NCBI GenBank assembly: GCA_028866895.1
Contig: JAGWHF010000002.1
Location: forward strand, 71,309-103,308
Source of the DNA: Nitrososphaerota archaeon
GTDB lineage: Archaea > Thermoproteota > Nitrososphaeria > Nitrososphaerales > Nitrosopumilaceae
Length of the DNA: 32,000 nucleotides
Direction: 5' to 3'
A model generated the notes under the pieces. That model had not been told where the DNA came from. It worked only from the letters and a program-made list of their open reading frames with translations, and did no database searches. A program made the translations under genes and the position numbers. Positions 7,598 to 14,200 of this stretch are shown piece after piece; the first letter of the stretch is position 1; every line of letters begins with the position of its first letter.

Positions 7598-7942
7598 ATG
7601 GCAAAACTTGCGTGCGCCGACTATGGCTTTGAATGCAGGTATGAGACGGAAGGCGACGACGACGTCGTGGTATCGAGATTCATGCGCCACTCGCTTGACG
7701 AGCACGGTATAGAATACTCGTACGGCGGGCTTCGCCAGTTCCTCCTCAGGAAGACGGGCTCGTTCTCCCAAGACTCCCAGGTCCACCTTGCCGGGGAGGA
7801 CGTAAGGACCATAATCTCCATCCTTGAATACGCGTCCGACTTTTTACCGCTCTCCGCAATAAGTGATGGCAAGATAGATGCCAATTCTGCCCGCCAGATA
7901 ATTGAGAAACTCTCATGCTCACTTCATGCTGCCGCCCCATAG
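7598..7942 (+). CDS. DUF1059-like small metal-binding domain protein with a C-terminal extension, 114 aa
   Basis: The N-terminus MAKLACADYGFECRYETEGDDDVVVSRFMRHSLDEHGIEY fits the DUF1059 pattern (C.D.G..C.F......E.....H....H). Confidence 0.65.
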   Translation: MAKLACADYGFECRYETEGDDDVVVSRFMRHSLDEHGIEYSYGGLRQFLLRKTGSFSQDSQVHLAGEDVRTIISILEYASDFLPLSAISDGKIDANSARQIIEKLSCSLHAAAP

Positions 7943-7956
7943 ATCATAGGCGCCAG

Positions 7957-8535
7957 TTATTTCTTTGCAACCATTCCGGAAAAATCGTACCCTTTCCCCA
8001 CGCTCCCGTTTACAGAACCCGTGAGGTCTATAGTAATCGAAAGCACCTTGTCGGTATGTTCGCACCTTGACATCACGCCGAACTGGGCAAGCGTCACTGT
8101 GACCACCCTTTCAATATATGCCGACCACTTGGCCCCTAGGTCATGCAGCACAATGAACCTGTGGATACCGCAGTCCTCATCGTAAGAGTACGGGAACCCG
8201 CTCATCCTCAACCACTCCTCAAAAGCCTTGAGGGAGTTTAGCACGTCAAACTGTTTAGTCAACCTTATCACCGTATCCATGTTGCTTGTCTGTCCGACTA
8301 TTCCAGCCAGTGTCTCCACCTCCTCCTGGGTGCACATGTCGAGAAATCTTGCAAGAAGTGCCTTCCTTATCGGGATGAACTCATTATTGCGTACGTTCCA
8401 CAATGTAAAGTTCTCAAGCGTTCTGCTTATCAGGCCGTTTACCGGCATGTTTTCCTTGGCAGCGGCGTTCCTCAAGTTCTCAAGCACATCGTCTGAGATT
8501 GAGACGCTGAACTTCTTCCTCTTGCCCAATATCAT
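7957..8535 (-). CDS. Hypothetical protein with N-terminal ribbon-helix-helix-like segment, 192 aa
   Basis: KKFSVSISDDVLENLRNAAAKENMPVNGLISRTLENF has a beta-strand then helix-helix pattern typical of CopG/RHH. The remainder is unassigned. Confidence 0.55.
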   Translation of the reverse strand: MILGKRKKFSVSISDDVLENLRNAAAKENMPVNGLISRTLENFTLWNVRNNEFIPIRKALLARFLDMCTQEEVETLAGIVGQTSNMDTVIRLTKQFDVLNSLKAFEEWLRMSGFPYSYDEDCGIHRFIVLHDLGAKWSAYIERVVTVTLAQFGVMSRCEHTDKVLSITIDLTGSVNGSVGKGYDFSGMVAKK

Positions 8536-8598
8536 AGTACCGTTCTTTCACTTAATAAGAATGATCGAGCAGCTTTCCGACCAAAGATTTTATGATGC

Positions 8599-9237
8599 AT
8601 GTACGCACTCGAGAACAACTTGAGGATGTACTACATAGCGCCCATCATGTTGGTCGCTGTCCTACTGTTTTTCCTCCTCCACACCTCCGAGGGAACGCTC
8701 GAGTTTGCGGCCGACTCGATAGGCAGGGTGGATGCCTCTGGCATTCAAGTCTCATTCCTCATATGCAATCCTTCGCCAATGCCAATCACTCTTGAGGGCG
8801 CACGCGAAAGTCTTGATGGTCCCAAAGGGGCATACGGCACCCTCTCCATGCCAGCGCTGACCGTGCCAGCAGTCTCCTCGGCAACCCTTGAGGGCTGGGC
8901 GGACTTTGCCTCCCCTGCAGCCATGAAGGGGTTCATAGACTCGATACTTTCCAACCGGACATCCACCAACGCTACGCTCGCTGTCAGCGAGAAGCTTCTG
9001 GGGCTGGTTCCTTATTCCTTCAAAAGCGAATCCCGCCAGTCCCTTGCCGGACTGTTCACTGGCAGCGTCAAATGGGACTGCAAGGACATTCCAAACCACG
9101 GCCTCCAGATACGGCAGCGCCTAGAGGTTGCAGACGCGCAGATCTCAGCGGCGCACCTACTCTATCTTGGCGGTACTGCAACCGAGGGGCAGTCGGGCCC
9201 TGTTGCTGGCCTGCGGTCCCCCCAGGAGGGAGGCTGA
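8599..9237 (+). CDS. Hypothetical N-terminally membrane-anchored protein, 212 aa (possibly LEA14/WHy-like beta-sandwich)
   Basis: An N-terminal TM segment (YYIAPIMLVAVLLFFLL) is present. IQVSFLICNPSPMPITLEG resembles the NPN-strand motif of LEA_2 domains, but weakly. The start could instead be ATG 8626. Confidence 0.5.
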   Translation: MYALENNLRMYYIAPIMLVAVLLFFLLHTSEGTLEFAADSIGRVDASGIQVSFLICNPSPMPITLEGARESLDGPKGAYGTLSMPALTVPAVSSATLEGWADFASPAAMKGFIDSILSNRTSTNATLAVSEKLLGLVPYSFKSESRQSLAGLFTGSVKWDCKDIPNHGLQIRQRLEVADAQISAAHLLYLGGTATEGQSGPVAGLRSPQEGG

Positions 9238-9238
9238 A

Positions 9239-9475
9239 CTATGCAATCCTTATGCCGTGCCTTTTTGCAAAATCCAAAATCTCACCCTCGCTGAAAAACC
9301 CCGCAACATATGGTATGAACCTCTTCTTTATTATCTCGGGCTCCGTCTCTCCTATGACAACCCTGTCCAGATAGTCTAGCCTGTGCATCTCCCTCTTGTG
9401 CTCCCTACAGAGTTCCTGCAGCTGCTCAAGCGAGAAGCCTTCGAGCAGTGCCTTGTTTGCCTCATGCCTCCTCAT
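9239..9475 (-). CDS. Hypothetical protein, 78 aa
   Basis: ATG-initiated ORF with balanced, protein-like composition (MRRHEANKALLEGFSLEQLQELCREHKREMHRLDYLDRVVIGE...). No motif recognised. Confidence 0.5.
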   Translation of the reverse strand: MRRHEANKALLEGFSLEQLQELCREHKREMHRLDYLDRVVIGETEPEIIKKRFIPYVAGFFSEGEILDFAKRHGIRIA

Positions 9476-9892
9476 GTGTCACGTCCCCTACTGATTCGCA
9501 TGACGCGTCCCCTAAAGGCCTTCCTCCGGGGTTGCTCCGGCCTAAGAATCACCATCTGGAAAACCAAGACCCCGCGAGTATGGGATGAACCTCCTCCTTG
9601 TGCTTGCCCGCCGCCTTGTGTGCAGCAAGGACGCAATGGTGCATCATACCACACCGTGCCCTTTTGGGATTTCTATAAAAAAAGGCGCCCCTTGCCTGTG
9701 TGGGTAGAGATCGTTCAGGCCACGGTGGTGGGCCCGAGTTCCTTTCTTTCACAAACAAGGAGGTTCGCCAGTGAAGCGAGCCCCACATGGCTTATTAGTG
9801 GTGGGAAGGACTTCTGAACAAAATTTTTATCCCAACACGAGCAAGAAGAACTTTGAAAAAATCATAGAGGGAGGCACATGCAAGAGTGGGGC

Positions 9893-10057
9893 CTAGAACT
9901 CGATCTTTTCCTTCTCGTTGAGAAGGAACTTTTTGGACTTTCTTGTCCCCTTGAGATCAAACCAGCTGATCTTCAAAGTGACCTTCTTTCCCTTGATCTC
10001 GTCTATGACTATCCTGTCTGCCATCTTGACAAGCTCGTTTATCGTTTGATTTGCCAT
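9893..10057 (-). CDS. Small basic protein, 54 aa (not in ORF track)
   Basis: Hand translation: MANQTINELVKMADRIVIDEIKGKKVTLKISWFDLKGTRKSKKFLLNEKEKIEF, with TAG at 9893..9895. An AT-rich promoter lies upstream and T-runs lie just downstream. The listed opposite-strand ORF 9878..10069 is not protein-like. Confidence 0.5.
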   Translation of the reverse strand: MANQTINELVKMADRIVIDEIKGKKVTLKISWFDLKGTRKSKKFLLNEKEKIEF

Positions 10058-10080
10058 TTGGTTCGCTAAAATATTTTTTA

Positions 10081-10101
10081 ATTTATTCCTTGGGAATAAA
10101 T
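10081..10101. promoter_or_regulatory. Perfect 9-bp inverted repeat ATTTATTCC-TTG-GGAATAAAT overlapping the TATA region of the 54-aa gene
   Basis: Read directly from the sequence. It lies 24-44 nt upstream of the minus-strand ATG at 10057, and each arm contains a TATA-like AATAAAT. Confidence 0.4.
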
Positions 10102-10125
10102 TTTTGATACTTTGGATTAAACATT

Positions 10126-10139
10126 ATTCAACGAGCCCC
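10126..10139 (-). promoter_or_regulatory. Degenerate copy of the palindromic element (minus strand GAATAATGTTTAAT)
   Basis: On the minus strand, GAATAATGTTTAAT is followed by ccaa and then an AT-rich stretch leading into the 10081..10101 inverted repeat. The core contains one insertion or mismatch. Confidence 0.2.
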
Positions 10140-10278
10140 TTCCCAAAATATCAAAAAATACCCCCCATGATGGATTTTTTTACATTTATACGGTGATTAA
10201 CCCAACATTGTTGTGTAGGAAATGCCAGGGTTGACCAGTTTTTTCAATGTCGTCCGGAAGCAGACGGCGGTGTAGGAC

Positions 10279-11013
10279 GTGGAGATCTACAGATGCTACG
10301 AGGTACTCGGGCTCAATCCAGGGGCAACACAGAAGGAGATCAGGCAGGCGTACAGGCGACTTGTCCTCAAATACCATCCAGACAGGAATCAGGACAAGGA
10401 GGGAGACCGTTTCAAGATGATAACCGAGGCGTACCTTGCCCTAAGGACGGCCCTGCCAGAAGAGACCCGCAATCCGAGAGCGTTTTCCGACCTGTACCCT
10501 GAAGAGGCGGCCGCGTGGTTTGAAGATGCCGAAAACATGCGTGCAAGGAGGCAGTATGCCGAGGCCGCAGTTCTCTATGACAGGGTGACTTCCAGCCTTC
10601 CAAGGTATGAGAGGGCCTGGCTTCAGAAGGGAGCCTGCCTTGACGCCCTAAAGAGGCATGACGAGGCCCTTGCTTGCTACGGTAGGGCCCTTGAGATCAA
10701 CCCGGAATCGATGGGCGCCTGGAACCTGCGAGGTATATGCCTCTCAGATCTCAAAAGATACGAAGAGGCTTTGGATTCATTCGAGGCCGCGATAGAGAGG
10801 AGTCCCGTACACGGCGAGGTCTGGAACCTGCGAGGCGTCTGCCTCTACAACCTCAAAAGATACGACGAGGCGCTGGAATCTTTTGACAGGGCCATCAAGC
10901 TAGACTCTGCGCTTGTTACAGCCTGGAAAAACAAGGGAAGCCTGCTGCTGCAGAGGGGACAAAAGGAGGAGGGCAGGAGGTGCATCGAAGAGGCACTACG
11001 GCTATTGGGCTGA
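10279..11013 (+). CDS. J-domain protein fused to TPR repeats
   Basis: A J domain with an HPD motif is present (YEVLGLNPGATQKEIRQAYRRLVLKYHPDRN). It is followed by about five 34-aa TPR units (e.g. AWNLRGICLSDLKRYEEALDSFEAAIE). GTG start at 10279. Confidence 0.9.
   Translation: MEIYRCYEVLGLNPGATQKEIRQAYRRLVLKYHPDRNQDKEGDRFKMITEAYLALRTALPEETRNPRAFSDLYPEEAAAWFEDAENMRARRQYAEAAVLYDRVTSSLPRYERAWLQKGACLDALKRHDEALACYGRALEINPESMGAWNLRGICLSDLKRYEEALDSFEAAIERSPVHGEVWNLRGVCLYNLKRYDEALESFDRAIKLDSALVTAWKNKGSLLLQRGQKEEGRRCIEEALRLLG
10717..10920 (+). repeat. Tandem 102-nt (34-codon) TPR unit duplication inside the J-domain/TPR gene
   Basis: TGGAACCTGCGAGG at 10720 recurs at 10822, and CTCAAAAGATACGA at 10750 recurs at 10852. 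The offset is exactly 102 nt in both cases. Confidence 0.6.
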
Positions 11014-11049
11014 CCACTCCTTATTACCAACCGCATCTTTCAACATGTC

Positions 11050-11226
11050 ATGGCAAAAGGAATGAGCTACAAGAAGTTCCGAGAATCACCCAAGGACTTT
11101 TACACTTCAAAGGCCGGAAGGCTGAGCCGCGGCGAGGTGATAGCACGGCTCGAGTCCTTCATAGTGCAAAAGGAGGGCGAGGGCCAGGACTTTTTTGACC
11201 GGTACGAGGTCCGGGAAGAAGGTTGA
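11050..11226 (+). CDS. Hypothetical small protein, 58 aa (not in ORF track)
   Basis: Hand translation: MAKGMSYKKFRESPKDFYTSKAGRLSRGEVIARLESFIVQKEGEGQDFFDRYEVREEG, with TGA at 11224..11226. It converges on the SNF2 gene's 3' end. Confidence 0.4.
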   Translation: MAKGMSYKKFRESPKDFYTSKAGRLSRGEVIARLESFIVQKEGEGQDFFDRYEVREEG

Positions 11227-11228
11227 CC

Positions 11229-14200
11229 CTAGTGCTTTGTGGTTAGCCTGTCGTGAATCTGGGCGAGAATTAGTTCTGCCTTGTCCTTGTTCTCAAAGGC
11301 CTCCTCCTTTTCGTCCATTATGGCGTCAATCTCGTAGCTCTTGTCGACAAGCACGTTTGCCACATGATCATCAAGGGTGCCGTTTCCTATCAGATAATAG
11401 GCAAACACTGTGTTTTTTTGTCCTATTCTGTGGCAGTTGTGGACGGATGCTTGCCCAACCACAAACGAATGGTCATCTTCCACCGTGAGATCGTACACTG
11501 TTGCCCTGTCATGGTACGTTCTAACGTCTTTTACAGGCTGGTAGCAGTATTCGTTGTCTTTTACATCATGTTTTTTATCGCCTGGATCCCCGTTGATTGC
11601 ATATCCGCCAATCCACTGGCCGCCTTCTTTTCCATTTTCGATTTCCATCAGTGAGGGCATAAAACCGCATTTGAGTGCAATTAGATTAATTTGTGAGGCT
11701 AATTGTCTACTATCAGTAACCCATTCTTGCCGGCTGTCTCTAAGATTATCTTCCCCTTTACAATATGCGCCAAAAAATATTTTTAATTTTTGAGCGGGAA
11801 GATCAAGTATGAATTCCGGAATCCTTTTTTCATGAGCATTTCCTCCAAACCATTTGCTAAACCATGTGGCTAGTCCTGCTGAGTATGCTCTCAGTTCTGC
11901 ATTGCCTTCATTACATTCGATGGAATAGGTCGCCCCAAGTTTTCCCAGTCTCTCTCCTAATTTTTCCAATACTGGCATTTCTCTTACGTGTCCTGGCAAA
12001 GAAATGAAACTGCCTTTGCCATCTGTCTTGCCTGAAAACCCTTCTGCAGTGTACAAGCCAAAGAGGCAAAGCAAATCATCGTCGAGCTCGGTTCTTCTCT
12101 GAATTTGGATATACCTTCCATCAGTTAAGACGGATCCAAGCTGGTTTTTTCGTGTTGGATTGTGAAAACACTCTTCTGGCATGTCGACGGTTGTTTTATC
12201 TAAAATTTTTGTTGGTACCGGTGTCAAAACAAAGTCGCCAGGCAATATTTCATCTGCATTTATCCATTTTGGTTTTGCCTGATCTTGTTTGAGAACCAGT
12301 ATCCTATGATCATGTGTACAGATTAATGGCTTGCTATATCTGTGGTAGGTAATTTCTGTCATTAAACCTCGGTGTTCTCTTCTTTTTATGTTTTGAACTT
12401 TCTTCCAGTTGCCTAGATGTGTTAAAACAAGGTCGTTTAATTTTACATTCTCAATCTCGATCAAGCCTTTGTTCTGTACATTTACCAGTTGTCCTTGCTT
12501 GATGCACCTGTCTTCGGCTTGTCTGTGAATTGCTGGACTCCAGTCAAGCTCTGCAAATATTACGTATCTTGCAACGGACAAATTAATTCCAACGTTTCCT
12601 GCGCGGAGCCCAGCTATCATCAGCTTGGTCTGCCCATTTTGGAACCGCTCGATGTTGTTCTGCCTCTCCTTGTCTGACTGGCCTCCGATAATTGAGGATG
12701 GGGAAAATTCCTGCAGGCTCTTGTGTAAAAGGGCATGGATTGCCTTGTGGTGGCAGAATACGACCACGCTTTCCTCAATCTCCATGATATTTTTTACAAA
12801 CTCTATGACATGGGGAAGCTTGGCGGCGCCTGCGGCCTGGCGCTCGCTCTGAATTGCTCTCTTGTACGACGAGAACTTGTCAAATGCCGAGGTCGCGTTC
12901 TTTTGCTCCTCTTCCAACCTCTTCCAGATCTTGTCAAGCTCTGAATGATAGTAATTGATATCTGAATCAATAAACTCCTTGTACCTTACCTTTTCTTTTA
13001 GTTCTTTTAGGACATCTGACTTTTTGCGTCGAAGCATGACGTGCTTTCGGAGCTCGTCGCCAAGCGAGGCCCTCTTGTTCTCAAGAACTATCGCCTTTCC
13101 TTTCTCGTTGACATAGCAAAAGTATTCGCAAAACTCTTCAAAACTTCCAAGAAGGCCAGGTCTTAGTATGTCCACTATCGGCCAAATCTCAGAGCCCCTG
13201 TTGTAAATTGGAGTGCCGGAAAGTCCTATTCTGTATTTTACCGATTCTAGGGCAGCGAGTTTCTTTACTGCGGAGTACTTTTTTGTCGATTTTGAGCGGA
13301 GATGTTGTACCTCGTCGCATACGATTGTCCTGATTCCAAGCTTGGAGAGGTCGCCAAGTCTCTTGTACAAAAGGTCGTAATTTATTATGTACACGTCATG
13401 CCTTTCTATCTCCTGCGACTTGCCTGTCCTGATAAGAATTGATGACGGAAATTGGGCTTCTAAAATTCGTCCATTCTTGCTCCTTTTCTTGAGGAATTTC
13501 TGTGCCTCTCGTTCCCAGTTGGTCAGAGTTACAAGTGGTGCGACAATTAGTGCGGGGAAAGTTTGTTTTTCAGTGGCAAGATATGCCAAGGTCATTATTG
13601 TGTTATGCGTTATGATGCCGTTTGCGATATAATTGTGGGTTTCGGGAACGGAAAGATCGTACACATATCCGGCATGGTGCTTTACCTTCAGGGATTTTAC
13701 CGGACACCAGTTGATTGAATCCGAAGAAATTCCGTGTAACCCCCATGGGATCTCATGCATGTGAAGCGGTTCCATCTTGGCGCGACCTGAGGCTGAAATC
13801 TCTTTGCACATCCATTGTGATTGATCGTGAGGAGTGAAAAGTCTGAGTGAACGCATTGGCATCCCATCCTCTGTTATCTTCTGGGTGGTTTCCTGCAACG
13901 GAAAATGATCAATGTTTTTACCGTGATTCTCTGCTGCCAGTAGGTCAAGCGCCTTTTGCTTATGTATTGCAAGTGGTCTGAACTCGCTGTGGAATCTCGA
14001 CACCGAGTTGGCGTCAATTGTGCATACATAGCCTTTTCGGCGTATCTTGGAGCCGTTTGTTGCAAACTTTCTTGCTTCTCTGATTCTGAGCCAAACGCCA
14101 AAATGTAATAAAATCTCGCGCAGTGACAGGGCAATGGATTTTGATGCTGTTGTGAACTCGCACTGGCTCTTTCGTACGTGACCTCCAGCATCAAACAAGG

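Noticed and set aside
9383-9817. A 144-aa plus-strand ORF and overlapping minus-strand ORFs (9472..9654 and 9549..9788) in the GC-rich gap.
   Set aside because: They overlap one another. They are Arg/Pro/Cys/Trp-rich, and one begins antisense inside the 78-aa gene. I treat the region as non-coding (see findings).
9476-9892. The possibility that the gap encodes RNase P RNA, SRP RNA, a tRNA or a C/D-box sRNA.
   Set aside because: I found only fragmentary resemblances. CAGAAGTCC (complement of 9808..9816) resembles CR-I GAGGAAAGUCC, and CATGGCTTAT (9786..9795) resembles the GGCUUA of CR-IV, but these lie on opposite strands. There is no ACAGAA. There is no GGAA-tetraloop/AGCA helix-8 motif. There is no GTTCRAATC T-loop. 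There is no RUGAUGA...CUGA pairing. None of these families can be supported by eye.
10717-10920. A tandem 102-nt repeat, considered as a possible non-coding or mobile repeat.
   Set aside because: It is in frame and corresponds to two consecutive 34-aa TPR units of the J-domain/TPR protein. This is ordinary intragenic repeat structure.
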